Below, in pieces: positions 36,901 to 49,700 of a DNA stretch of 64,000 nt. The stretch comes from Sphyrna mokarran (taxonomy: Eukaryota), in NCBI GenBank assembly GCA_024679065.1, contig JAGIQG010000008.1, forward strand, positions 47,244,001 to 47,308,000. The letters run 5' to 3'. A program made the position numbers and the translations under genes. Below the pieces are notes generated by a model that saw only the letters and a program-made list of their open reading frames with translations, searched no databases and had not been told where the DNA came from. Numbering within the stretch: the first letter of the stretch is position 1; every line of letters starts with the position of its first letter.

Positions 36901-39710
36901 CCAGTTTATCATTCATATCAGAATGCCCTGACACATCTATTTCACAATGAATGAGAGGAACCAACTGTTCAGAGCCCAGTCAGTTGCAGGCTTGCACTAT
37001 CATCTGCCAATTTAACAACGCAGTTTGTAATCCAAGGTCACTTCTTCCTGCGATGTATTTTTTAAATCTCTTAATCTTTCAAAGAAGCAAAGAGGTTGAC
37101 CAGCAGCATCAGCCAATGTGCTACCCACATCTTCACTGAGCACATTACTGATGGCTGTTAATATCCACTCCTCTCTCATTGAAGCACAGCAGCAGTCCAG
37201 CATGGACGCCCAAACTCAACTGCACTGAGCCATCCTACATAAGGAAATCAATGATGGCAACCATTTGATCATCATGTTCATTTACTTTTACCACACATTC
37301 TGCACTGGGTTACAGTCATTTTGTGTGTCATGTTTGTTGAAGAGAGAATATGACAAGGTTTACAAATTACAACTTGGTGAGTACTCTGAACAATATATCA
37401 CATTTACGACCTGGGGAAATGTTCATGGAAGGCTTTTAAAAAAATCTTTCTTTACATGCTTAACAAAACATATACACTGCAATAACTCAAACACATCATA
37501 AGAAAATCTTCCTAGTAGACTTAGTAGACATGGCCTGTAATGTGGATTTATGTAGGGCTGGCTGTAATTGCAATTACTTGTAACCAATGTAAGAGGGAAA
37601 GACAAGGACCTCAGTTGTCATTGATTTACGTACGAATAAATAATACAAAATAAACCTGGTGCCGTCACAATGGGAAATCCTATTTTCAAAAGCCATATAA
37701 AAACAAAAATGCATTAACCTTGGTATTACAGGAATAGAATTTTTATAGTTGATACACATCATGCCTTTTCAATAGCATTAAACTGAAGTGCAGCAGGAGA
37801 AAACCCCTGAAATCTTTTTGTATTGGCAAATGTTTCCTTTCCCACTGAGATGTCAGTTAATACTGATGTTCAGCATCTGAAGAGAAAACTTGATGTTTAC
37901 GCAGTCAAAGTTTTGCTACTTCATTTACAATCTTCACTAAACAGGATACAGATGCTCTTTTGAAAGCACTCCTTTCCTGTGCCAAAACCAAAACCTGCAC
38001 AATGGCAGCCATGGCTGTAGTGCATGCCATATGGGACCACTGCAGGTGTAAATACTGTTAAATAATACTCACATAATTAGGTCCTTTTGTATATGCTTTC
38101 AAATGTCTCTGAATCAGTGGGCAACACAATGAAAAGCTTCTAAATTGGATTGCAAGAAATCTATTAATTCAGCTGTTCACTAAAGTCGTCACGCTGAGGA
38201 CTTCAAACTTTAAGATTTAGGTGTTTTTTCTGAAAGAAACCAACTAGCAAAAAGAAAAAAAACCCATCTACATGTACACAATGAAGCAGGATGCATTACC
38301 TTCTCCTTTAAAATGTTACTTAGTGTGTTTCAGGCTTCCCTACCATTCTCAGCCCACTCTAAATTCTGGTCTGCCACAATCTCTCACCATTTCAGAAATA
38401 AATAGATAAAAGAACTAATCACAAATTTCAAAACAAGTCAGGTCAGTTCCCTTTGCCAAGATGAAGCACTTTAAGCTGACAGGGAGTGGAAAATGTTCAC
38501 TTGCCAGCATCCAATTGGGAACGAGCAACACCTTTTTTTTTGTTTGGCTACTGGCATTTCCCAGCACTGTTGCTACCTTTTTGTTCGGCCGCAGTCAATG
38601 CAGACAGCAGCTTACTGTGACCTCCAGGTCACAGTAAAATAAAACTTGTAATAATCTAAGAAACTGGCCTAAATAGTAAGCTCTGGAATCCCGTGATTAT
38701 ATCTCACAATTTGATACAAATAAAAGAACACAGCAACAGGTGAATAGGGAGGGCAAGTACTACTGAAATGGGGTGGTTCAAAGTGAGGGCTACACTTAGT
38801 AACAAAACAAGAACAAATACAAACTAATGTCTTATCACTTTTGTTCAGTATGACCACCTTGGCTTATCTTGTCATTAAACCCATCTATTATGCATTTCAA
38901 AAGTGAGCCAAATTGATGCCTGTTAAACAATGGACATGAAACAATTTTCTAATTCATGACACATTTCATCAATCATCAAATATCCTCACACCAAATTCAG
39001 AGTGTGTAGTTACTAGTTGACAATTATTTTTCTTAAAATGTCTTACTAGATTAGTTATGTTACAGAACAAATACGTCGACATGTCAGAAAAATGCCCTCA
39101 ACCGTAAATGCTAAATAATCAGATCCAAAATTAGCAAGAGACAAATAAAGGCTGCAGGTTTTCGTAGTTTCCACGTGTAGAAATCTTAAAATGTAAGTCA
39201 GTATTTTATTAGTTTTCAAGGCAGAAGCCCTATGTAGACATGGGCTTTGGACAATATGCTGTGCCACAAATGAACAGTCACATGCATCTTCAGCAATTCC
39301 AAGTCTCTGAAACCTTCACAGAGAATGAGGTTGCCAAGTCTCCTGCTGATCCACAATCCCCACCATCTGAATGCTGCCAAATACTCATTATTTAATGAAA
39401 GCAATTAACATTTGTCTCTGCCGATACATACTTTTGTCCAGTTGTGAAAAGGCTGTCCTTTACATGTCATGAAGTCACAAGGTTCTAAATGGTGTTTTGG
39501 TTGCAAAACTATCCTTACAGAGACAACGTAAAGGAAGTTAACTCAAACCAAATCCTCACCAAATAAGGTAACATTTTCTTGAATGTCTTGAAATGTTATC
39601 TAATACAGTCTTCAGTGCTTACATAGCACATATGGGTGTCAATGTGATTTACCCATTATACTTGGTAGAGAGTAAAACCAAAAAGAAAAATGAACAATTT
39701 TTTTTTAAAT

Positions 39711-41274
39711 CAGGAAATCTCACTGATGATTCTTCCTCTAATTTGTTCACAATCGTATTCTGAACATTATCACTATGGTAACTGCAATTCAATGAGGAAT
39801 GGAACAGCTGATTGAAGTTTTTTGGAGACCTGACATTCAGGCTCAGCAAAGCCTTTTGTGTGTCAAAGTGGTAAATATTTACTGCACTACCCCAAACAGT
39901 CAGTGTATCTAAAACGCTCTAAGCAGTGCCTTCGGAATTTACTCATATGGTGACGGAAATGGTCACATCAACTATTGGTGCAAAATATAGTCATGCAAGT
40001 GGTGTGGATTGCAATACCAACTCCAGCTTTTGGGACAATTGACAATGAGAGGTAAAAAATGGCATGTGCCCACAAATTTGAATATGTAGGATCAGTAATT
40101 ATATTTAATTAAGCCTCGCAATAGCTGTGTTCTTAATATAAGTGGCAAAGATTAATAATGGATAATCAGCATGAACTTGTTAAGGGAAAATCATGTTTCA
40201 TGAACTTGATTGAATGTTTTAAGGAAGTAATAAGGAGGATTGATGAAGGTAGTGCAGCTGATGTGACTTGCATGAATTTTAGCAACACGTTTAGCAAGGT
40301 CCCTATTGGCAGACTGGTTAAAAAATAAAAGTCCATGGGATCCAGGGGAATGTAGCAAGCAGGATATAAAATTAGCTCAGTGGCAATAAAAAGTGTTGAC
40401 AGATGTTCCTGCAACTGAAAGACAGTTTTCAGTGGGATTCCACAGAGTTCAATACTCGGTCCCCTGCTTTTTATAATGTGTCTTAATGGTAAACGTAAGG
40501 GGGCACGATCAAAAAGTTTGCAGACCATAAAAACTGGCCACTGGCTGACATGGAGGAGAACAGATGTAGACTATGGCAAGACATCAATGAACGAGTCAGG
40601 TGGCCAGAGAAGTGGCAAATGGAAAAGTGTGAAATGGTGCAAATGGGGAAGTCAAACAAGGCAAAGGAATACATAAACGGGAAAATAGAGCTGTAGAAAA
40701 AGTGAGGAACCTTGGAGTGCATTTCCACAGATCCTGGAAGCTAACAGGACAGGTCAATGAAGCAGTTAAGAAAGTATATAGAATCTTTCATTTATTAGCT
40801 GAAGTGTAGAATATAAGAACAGGGAGATTCTATTGGAACTGTATAAATCATTAGTTAGACATCTATCACAAGACTTAGTTAAATATATTACTAACCCTAT
40901 ATATTTAAATTTGCGGGGACACCATCTTTTATCTTTTTCATTGTCAATTTCCCCAAATATTAGAGTTAGTGCTGTAGTCCCTATCACTTGCACACCCATA
41001 CTTAGCACCAATAGTTGAGGTGACTATTTCCGTCACCATATGAGTAAATTGCGAAAGCACTGCTTAGAGCATTTTGGACACACCAACTGTTTGGGTAGTG
41101 CACAAGTATTTACCATTTTTAATATGCAAAAGACTTTGCTGAGCCTGAATGTCAGGTCTCCAAAAAATTTCAATCAACTGCTCCATACCTCATTGAATTG
41201 CAGTTACCTTGGTGATAATATTCAGAATATAATTATGAACAAATAAGAGGAACAATCATCCGTGAGATTTCTTG
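39711..41274. repeat. Long inverted repeat: arms ~39711-40126 and ~40861-41274
   Basis: Reverse complement of the right arm aligns along the left arm (e.g. ttttttggagacctgacattcaggctcagcaaag, aatttactcatatggtgacggaaat); both give LLSLNVRSPKNFNQL in the ORF track. Confidence 0.95.
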
Positions 41275-42047
41275 TGTACTAGTTAGTTCATTTCACAAAG
41301 GACATCATTTAATTGCAGAGGGCACAAAGGAGATTTACAAGGTGGAGTCAAGTCTGGAGAAAACTGCACTTACGGAGAAAAGATTGGAAAGCTGGGGTTG
41401 TCCTCCTTGGAACACCGAAGGCTAAAAGGAGATTCAATTGGAATGCAAAAAGTTGAGTAGTCTGGGTAGGGTGAATGGGAAGGGCTTGACAGAGAGGGTC
41501 AATGACTAAATGGCACAGATTTAAAATGATTGATGGAAAGATTACAGGGGAGATGAGGAAAAATGTTTTCACCCAGAGGGTGGTGAGATTCTTTACATTT
41601 TTGCCTGAGTGGCAATGTTTTTGTTAAATGAAGTTATAAATTCTGGAAGAGCAACAGAACATAATCACTTATCTTGAATTAAGAAACACAGCTATCATAA
41701 GACATAAATCGGCAGAAGATGGCAGTGCACCAATTGGTAAATTCTCATGATGCAAATTCACAACAAGATGGACCTGAATTAATTGGTCAGTTACTGTAAT
41801 TTTGGTGCAGATGATAAATATAAAGAAGGGGCAAACTGTCTTTTTAAATTTAAAATTACTTTTACTGCTACAGTTTAAAAATGCAGAACAATGTATATTG
41901 CATAAATCTCTAAACTGGATATGCATCTCCATGGTACAGACCAAATGCTAGAAAGTGGGGTTAAGCTGGATAGTTCATTTTTTTAGCGAGCACAAAGATG
42001 ATAGACCAAGCAGCTTCTTTCTGTGCTGTAAACATTCTATGATTATG
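40150..42047 (+). mobile_element. CR1 (HER1-like) LINE RT and 3' end, interrupted twice by duplicated flank sequence
   Basis: QH..VKGKSC.MNLIE.F.EV.RRIDEGSA.DV..MNF..F.KVP; SGIPQSSILGPLL; LELYKSLVR|...; GLSSLEHRRLKGD; FTQRVV; tail ctgtgctgtaaacattctatgattatg. Confidence 0.88.
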
Positions 42048-42806
42048 TTCCATTACTCTTCCGAGATTTGCAATTTCACTTATTGAATTAGAAAAAATAA
42101 ATTAATTGCGGCTCATGAGGTTTTTACAAAAAACAGGATTAAGATGTGAAATTCTCTGCTCATAAACTGTTAGCCAATAATTTAAAAATAGGAATCTAGA
42201 TAGATATTGAAGAGCACTATTGATCTCCCATAGCACTGTATAAAGGAGTCGAGAATTGTAAATTTCATGTGAATCGGTGTGAAAACTATGAGAATAATTG
42301 AAGAATACATATGTATTGTGACCATTTAAGCTCATACATTCTGCTTTTGAACTTGTATTTACATTAGAAATTCCTATGTAATTTTTTGAATGGAAATCAC
42401 TTTGGCAAACACGTTGGGCTGTAATTCTCTCTATTCCCAGCTACCATGAGATTTAGTTGAAATTCCTAGCTACCATGAGATTTACTTAAATTGCCTGAGG
42501 TGACAATGTTTTTGTTAAATGAAGTTACAAATCCTGGAAGAGCAGCGGAACATAATCACTTATCTAGTATTAAGAAACACAGCTATCATGAGACTTAAAT
42601 CGGCAGAGATGGCAGTGCAGCTAATTGGCAAATTTCCATGGTGCTAATTCACAAGATGACCTGAATTAACTGGTCAGTTCCTGTAATTTTGATGCATCTG
42701 ATAAATATAAAAAAAAAGGCAAACTGACTTTTTTAATGGAAAACTACCTTTACTGCTACAGTTTAAAAATGCAGAACAATGTATGTTATGTAAACCTCTA
42801 CACTGG
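41601..42806. repeat. Direct repeat: copies ~41601-41918 and ~42491-42806
   Basis: Both start ttgcctgag..caatgtttttgttaaatgaagtta and share ttactgctacagtttaaaaatgcagaacaatgtat. Confidence 0.95.
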
Positions 42807-43079
42807 TAGGAATAAAATTTCCATATAAAACTTAACATAACTTTAAAAATCTAAATAACAGGGCAGAATAACATACAACATAATCTAACCTGCTTTTCAC
42901 AATACAAATGTCAACTTCACAAACTTATACTTTAATTAAAAAGATAAAAAATGTAAAATTAATTAATTTGAATAATATGAAATACAGCATACTCAACAAC
43001 CTGGGAGTGCCTCTAAAACTTTGCCACCAGTATCCTTATTTGGATCAGGTTCCAGTTATACATGTGCACTGAGGATCCT

Positions 43080-43490
43080 GGTATGGTAGAACCTCAATTT
43101 TAAAATTCTCTTCCTCGTTTCTGAATGCCTCTGTAGTTTTAGGTCTCTCCTATCTCTATAACCTCCTCCAGCTTGACATCCCAGCCAGACTTTTCCATTG
43201 CTCCATTCCAAGCCTCTTTCACTTTCCCAAATTTCATCGTTCCCTGAATGGCAGTTGAGCCTGCAGCTAACTAGGTCCTAAGCTCCAGAATATCCTCTTC
43301 AACTCTGTTCCCATTTCTTTCTCCTTAAGATATTCCTGAAAACCTCCTGCTTTGACCAAGCTTTTGATCATCTATCCTAACAGCAGTTAATGTAACTCAG
43401 TTTTGAATTGTCTTTGATAATGCCCCTGTGTAGCACCTTTTGGACATTTCACTCTGATTAAAGTTACTATATAAATGCAAGTTGTTACAT
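43080..43490 (+). mobile_element. L2 LINE 3' end
   Basis: ccttaagatattcctgaaaacctcctgctttgaccaagcttttg; tail ttaaagttactatataaatgcaagttgtt shared with DeuSINE tails. Confidence 0.75.
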
Positions 43491-43595
43491 ATGCGTTATT
43501 TTGACTGGGATTTTTAAATTAGCTTTTGGCTAGATAATAGATCAGAATGCAAGCAGCAATAATAATATATATTAGGGACATATGTTATGACTAGA

Positions 43596-43912
43596 TGGGC
43601 AACACGACAGCTCAGTGACTATCGCTGTGCTGTGCAGATACATGGATTTGGGCCTGTGTCTATGGGAGTTTGCGCATTCTCCCCGTGCTTGCGTGGGTTT
43701 TCTCCGGGTGCTCCGGTTTCCTCCCACATCCCAAAGATGTGCTCTTAGGCTAATTGACAAAACAAATTCTCCCTAAATTGTTTCAAATTTGGTTTTTAAT
43801 CCATAGATCTATAAACATTGACAGGGATCACAGGTAGTGGTGGGAACATCGCGGTGGCGGCATGGGCTCATTGGGCCGAAGGGCCTGTTTCCCGTGCTGT
43901 TTTGTTCTTTGT
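43596..43912 (+). mobile_element. V-SINE (HE1-related)
   Basis: ggagtttgcgcattctccccgtgcttgcgtgggttttctccgggtgctccggtttcctcccaca; tail gggccgaagggcctgtttccc. Confidence 0.85.
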
Positions 43913-44819
43913 TTGACTACAGTGTTTTCTCACGTTGTTACTGGTTGATACAACTTGAAAAATTTTGATTAGATGCATTCACCTCTTTCAAATACTAAGA
44001 ATGTCCATTTTGTCATTTTAAACTCGAGTTTAACTTTGTGGCTTCAATTATGACGTCAAAACCAGAATTACTTAAAATCTTACAACGTGCTTATTCTCAA
44101 ACCACTGTATTTGAGATTACCTAATTATCCTCCAAACTGGTTACTAACAATTTGAAACAAAAACTAGTCTCCCTATCCAGAGATACATGTAGAAAAACAA
44201 TTCAAAATTTAATGTTTTCATCACTGGTATTGAAAACAACTGGTCAATATAATTATTGCAGTATTTTAACTATATATATAAAAATCAGGCCTCTGAACAG
44301 ATATTGCAATTTGGAACCGAGCAAATCACTGGAAGATCTTACATCTGATCCCCAGTATGCCTTGCATTATCCAATTTCAGATAGAGAAATAATCATGGGG
44401 CTAAGGAACGAAAGGTACAGAGTTATAATTCTTGCAGGAAGCTTTTACTCTCTAAAGCTGGTAACACAATCAGGATCAGACGCATAAAGAATATGCAATC
44501 ATTCTGTGGGAAAGAGGAAGCATTGAATGATTCCTCCAATTGCTATGTAGTAACTCATGCTAGCTCAACATTAATGGATATCCAATGAATCAAGCTTGTG
44601 GAAATCCTGTAAATAACTCCCGACACTTGCTGTTAGACTCAATTGAAGAATGACCACTTGAGTGAGGTACCAAAGGGCAGCATTCATGGAACCATACTCC
44701 TTTGGCGGGTCCATCACTTCTAGGAAACGCATGCAGAAATTTGACAAGGCCAAAGGAAAGCAAAAAGTACATATATTACTGTTGTAGTCCTCAGAATGAT
44801 TTTTGAAACATTGAGCATA

Positions 44820-45560
44820 TCATGACAGTGAAGGCACGGCACAGGAGGAGGCCATTTGGCCCACTGTGTGTGCAATGACTCTATGAATGGCACTAGTGCC
44901 ATTCTTTTGCCTTCTCCCTCATAATTAAAAAGCAACAATGTGTTAGTTTATCAGTCTTTTGAATACATCAATTGAAACTGCCTCCACCACACTTTTAGAC
45001 AGTGAATTTTTGTGAACATTTTCTGCACTCTCTGAAATAACTTCACATCCTTCTTAAAGTGTGATACCCAATACTGGATCTATTACTCTAGCTGAGTCTG
45101 AACTAATGCCTTATACAAGTTCAAATAAATGTCTTATACTCATGTCCCCATTATTTAAGTTTGAGGATACTCTGTGCTTTATTAACCACACACTCAACCT
45201 GTCCTGCCATCTTCAATTACTTAATCCCATATATACTTAGGTCTCTCTACTCCTGCACCCCCCTTTAGGGTATATTTTCTCTTCATGTTCTTCCTACAAA
45301 AATGAATCACCTCGCATTGAACTTCATCTGCCAATTGTCCAACCATTCCAACTTGTCCACGTCCCTTTGTCACTCTACATTATCCTCCTCACAGTTTACA
45401 AATGTTTCCAAGTTTCGTATGATCCACAAATTTTGGAATTGTGCCCTGTACGCCAAGGTTCAAGTCACTGATATATATCAGGAAGAGCAAAGATCCCTGA
45501 CCCCTGAGAAACTGCAATACAAACCTTCTTGCAGCCTGAAGAACATTGATTAACCATTAT
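44820..45560 (-). mobile_element. CR1 RT/3' fragment
   Basis: cattgaacttcatctgccaattgtccaaccattcc and ccaagtttcgtatgatccacaaattt are antisense KWQMKFN and KF.D.TKLG. Confidence 0.8.
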
Positions 45561-46369
45561 CCTTTGATTCCTGTTTGCTTGCTCTAGCTATGCAACTTCT
45601 CAAAGACAGTTGTCCTGAAAAAGCTGCTAATATTGAACAATTTTTTGAAATATGACTACTAAGTTTCGTTTTTTAATTTAAAGCGGAAACCAATCTGAAA
45701 ACCTCTCAAAAACTTTAAGTGATAGGAAAATTCAACTTTAGCAATACCTCCCAACCTGTGACCTCCACTACCTCCAAGGACGGCAGTGGCAGGTGCACAA
45801 TAACACTTTGGATTCCAAACTTCCCTCCATGTCTCAGAAATATAATGCCATTCCTTCATGGTTGCAGTGTCAAAATGCTGGAACTTTACCTAAGAATGAT
45901 GGATCACCTTCACCAAATAAAATGTCTGATCAAGACAATCCATCACCTCCTTCCCAAAGGCAACTAGAGACAAGCAGTCCGGCCAGCAACATCCACAATC
46001 CCAAGAGTGTTCATTTTAAAAACTATGCTGTGGCTGAAATAACACATTTGTCCACAAATTCCAATGATAACAAAATACTATGCAATTCTTAAGTCATATG
46101 AGAGTAAATATACATTTGTACAGGCAATTCTCTATACAAGAATTCATAACCCTAACTGACACCAGACCATCAAAATACCAAAAGCTTGCTACTTAGCCAG
46201 AGGGAAGAAATAACTGGAGAATGAATTGTGCCACTGCATAATCAAGAGGTCCCCTATGCTTTTAAAATCTACTGGTCACCGTGAAATCCATTTCACTATT
46301 TCGAGGGCCAAGTGACAAATAAACGCACATGCAATTTTTTAAGATCATTTTACCATTATTATCGAAATT

Positions 46370-47020
46370 GTTTATCTGAACTCCAAAAGGTCATTCTGCA
46401 GAGAGCTTCAAGATTTATACAGGGCGAGGAATTGACTACATGTTCTTCGATGAAATATTGGAGGGAGTTGATGAAGGTAGTGGGGCTAATATGGTGCATA
46501 TGGGATTTCAAAAGTTTTTTTTTAAATTCATTCATATTCAAGATGTGGGCACTGCTGGCTAGGTTAGCATTTGTAGTCCATCCTTAACTTCTCAACTGTT
46601 GCCATTTGTGCATTCTAGGTACACCTACAGTGTTGGTAGAAAAGGATTTCCAGGATTTTGATTCAAAGTACCATATAATAAAATTAAAAGGCAAAAGCTA
46701 CATGACCAAAACTGGTTAAAGGATAGAAAGCAGTGTGTTGCGATCAGCTGTTGTTTTTCAAACTAGAGAGAAGTATTTAACAATACTGCTTAGAGCTTGG
46801 TGTTGACACCATGGACATGACATTCATTAATGGTCTGGGACTGAATATGCAGGGTATAGTTTCTAAATTTACAGATAATAGGAAACTCAATTGTAGTGAA
46901 ATGAAGACAATAGCTGAGTCAAGAGCTTTCTTGACAGATTTGTAAAATAGGCAGATAAACAGTACATGCACTTTAATGCAAGTATGATGGTTCATCGGAG
47001 TGGGGAGAATGAGGAGGGAC
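46370..47020 (+). mobile_element. CR1 RT fragment with a nested LINE tail (46530-46660)
   Basis: VDEGS..NMVHMGFQK; FINGL; SKFTDNRKL. Confidence 0.7.
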
Positions 47021-47021
47021 A

Positions 47022-47385
47022 AACGTAGTGGTATTATGATTGGACTACCAGAAACCCAGTGCAATGCTCTGGGGACCCAAGTTCAATTCCCACCATGGCA
47101 GATGTTGAAATTTGAATTCAATAAAAATATGGAAGTAAAGTCTAATGATGATCATGAAATCATTACTGATTGTTGCAAAACTCACACGGTTCAGTACTGT
47201 CTTTGAGGAAAGGAAATCTGCCATCCTTACCTGTCTGGTCTGTATGTGCCTCCAGACCCACAGCAATGTGATTGATTCACAAATGTTCTCCAAAATGAGC
47301 TAACGACCCACTCAATTCAAGGGCAATTAGAAACGGGCAATAAACACTGGCTTCGCCATTGATGCCCATGTCACATGAGCTCATC
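47022..47385 (+). mobile_element. tRNA-headed SINE sharing its 3' tail with the LINE at 16722-17650
   Basis: cgtagtggtattatgattggacta...gttcaattcccaccatggcag...caagggcaattagaaacgggcaataaacactggc. Confidence 0.8.
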
Positions 47386-48320
47386 ATACTTGAACTATTA
47401 ATTTAGTCTCAGTGCTGCTGTGTCTTTATATCCCTGCAAATTTTCCCTGTTCAATTTTTGCTCAAATCACTTTTGAAAGTTATTACTGAATCTTCCCCTC
47501 ACCCTTTCAGGTAGTAGCTTTTAGGTCACAACAGCTCATGTCTTTGCTTGAGTCACTCCTGATTCTTTACCAATTAATTTAAATGTGTCCTATCTGGTTA
47601 CTGACCCTTCTGCCACTGGAAACAGGTTTCCTTAATCAAAATCTTCCATGATTTTGAGTATCTCCACCAAATCTTCCTTAAACTTTTCTGCTCTAAGGAA
47701 ACAACTCTAGTTTGTTTATTATATCTATGTGATCAGTCTTTCAACTCTGGTACAACTGTAGCAAATATTCCCCTAAAGATCTGAAGTACAGAATTGGCCA
47801 CATCAACTGAAATGATGCTAAAACATAGTTCACTATGACTTCCTTGATTTTATACCCTATGCCTGTATTCAGCCAAATATCCCATATGCCTTTATAAGAG
47901 ACCTCTCAGCTATGAAAGGTCAATAAATACTGGCTTAGTCAGCCCATAGTTCATAAACAAATAAATAGAAACTTGTCTCGATATCTTCAAAGATTTGTAA
48001 ACATATTGTCTCAGGTCAATCTTGTTACAGTCCCTTGAATATTTGCCATTAGTTTATGTATCAGTTCAAGTATGATGAACTCAATTTGCCTCCTACTGTC
48101 CTGTATTATTCTACAATCATGGATGAAAGAGAGGGGACAGAAATCATACATATATCGTCAAAAATACTAAGATAAGTACTCCAAGAAGCAGTTGTAAAAA
48201 TGCCATTAAGTTTACCCATTTGGTTTGCTTAAAATCCTACTCAGGCCATCACACGAAAGAGCTTCAACTGCAAATGATTGGAAAATTTGATAAAAACTTT
48301 CACCGAAACAGAGGCTCAGA

Positions 48321-48572
48321 TCACCATCTGTGTGGAATTTGCACATTCTCCTCATGTCTGCGTGGATTTCCTCCGGGTCTTCCGGGTTCCTCCCACAGTC
48401 CAAAGATGTGCAGGTTAGGTTGATTGGCCAAGCTAAATTGTTCCCGTGTGTAGGTTACAGAGATTAGAGGGTAAATGTGTCAGGGTATGGGAGTAGGGCC
48501 TGGGTGGAATTGGGGTCGATGAAAACTCGATGGGCCAAAGGGCCTGTTTCTGCACTGTAAGTTCTATGTTCT
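48321..48572 (+). mobile_element. HE1-type V-SINE, 5' truncated
   Basis: V-domain core plus gggcctgtttctgcactgtaagttctatgttct tail. Confidence 0.88.
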
Positions 48573-49149
48573 TTCAACAATACCTTCCAAACCTGCAATC
48601 TCCCGAACAAATGCAGCGGATGCAATTTGCAAGCTCCCCTCCAAACGACACACCAACCTGACATGGAACTAAATCATTATTGCTTTACTGTCACTGAGTC
48701 AAAATTCTGGAAAATCCTTCCTAACAGCACTGTAGGTGTATCCACATCAGATGGACTACAGCAGTTCAAGACTCATCACACTCGAGAACAATTAGGGATG
48801 GATAACAACACTGGCTTTGCCAGCAATGAAAATAAACCTTGAAAGAACAAATGAATAACATTCCTCTACATGAGAAAATGATAATGATCATAGCTACAAT
48901 TCAACTACCTTGCTTGGACATAACTATTTACCCATGTCACCACTATTCCTGAACTTGAGGACATGATTCTCAGTGATTAGAATTAAATCCGCTTTTCTGC
49001 TAGCTGGAGGGGTCTCTCTGTTTGCAACCAACGAAGAAACAGCCTAATTGACATTGGAACTAAGTACATGCTCAAAAAGGCAATCATATATCCTGCATTA
49101 TGTAACGGGAGGAAGAAAAGCAACTGAGCCAATAAAACCACTGCCTCAA

Positions 49150-49700
49150 ACTGGCTTAATGACAAAACTCATCTGAATCAGTTTTGCATTAGGGCTTTTT
49201 AATTACCATTTTATTCATGGATTTTTCCTTTTAGCTAAATTGCTAAACGCATTATTCTCAGGATTCAAAAAGAAAAGTACTTGAAGAGAGGAGTTAACCA
49301 CGTTCAGAAACTGTGGCTGCAGAAGTCTGGACCCTGAATGCCAATCTGCAGTTGAAAAAGTTGAAAGCAGTCCTCCTGAACACGGCAGTCCTGGCCCACC
49401 TGAATTTTGATCAGTCGTTTGTGCTGTTAGTTGGCAGACTTGTTAATGTTTTGAGGACCCATTCATGTCAGGTTGTAGAGCATGAGGTCAAGGCTGCTTC
49501 ATAGTTTTTGCCAATCTTTCAGCAAAGCCCAGACATATCACCTGCTTCATAGATTAGAAAGTGGGCTGATAACAACCCTAATTCAGACTCAAGTGAAACT
49601 AAAGCTGGGTGCCAGTAAACAAAGCTGGGTGCTGTATAACTTTGAAATTAAGTATAGTACAGGGAGAGTGCTAAGACTACCTCAGCTGTGTACTACTTGT
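49150..49700 (+). mobile_element. Gypsy LTR retrotransposon RT-RNase H fossil
   Basis: Degenerate FIHGFFLLAKLLNAL, WT.ECQSA..KLKAVLLNTAVLAHLNFDQSFVL, SFSKAQTYHLLHRLE, DNNP, LGASKQSWV, YNFEIKYSTG, as in fish Gypsy pol. Confidence 0.75.

Noticed and set aside
39649-41246. LLSLNVRSPKNFNQL ORFs as duplicated genes
   Set aside because: They arise from the inverted duplication; stops and frameshifts differ between the copies and no protein family is recognisable
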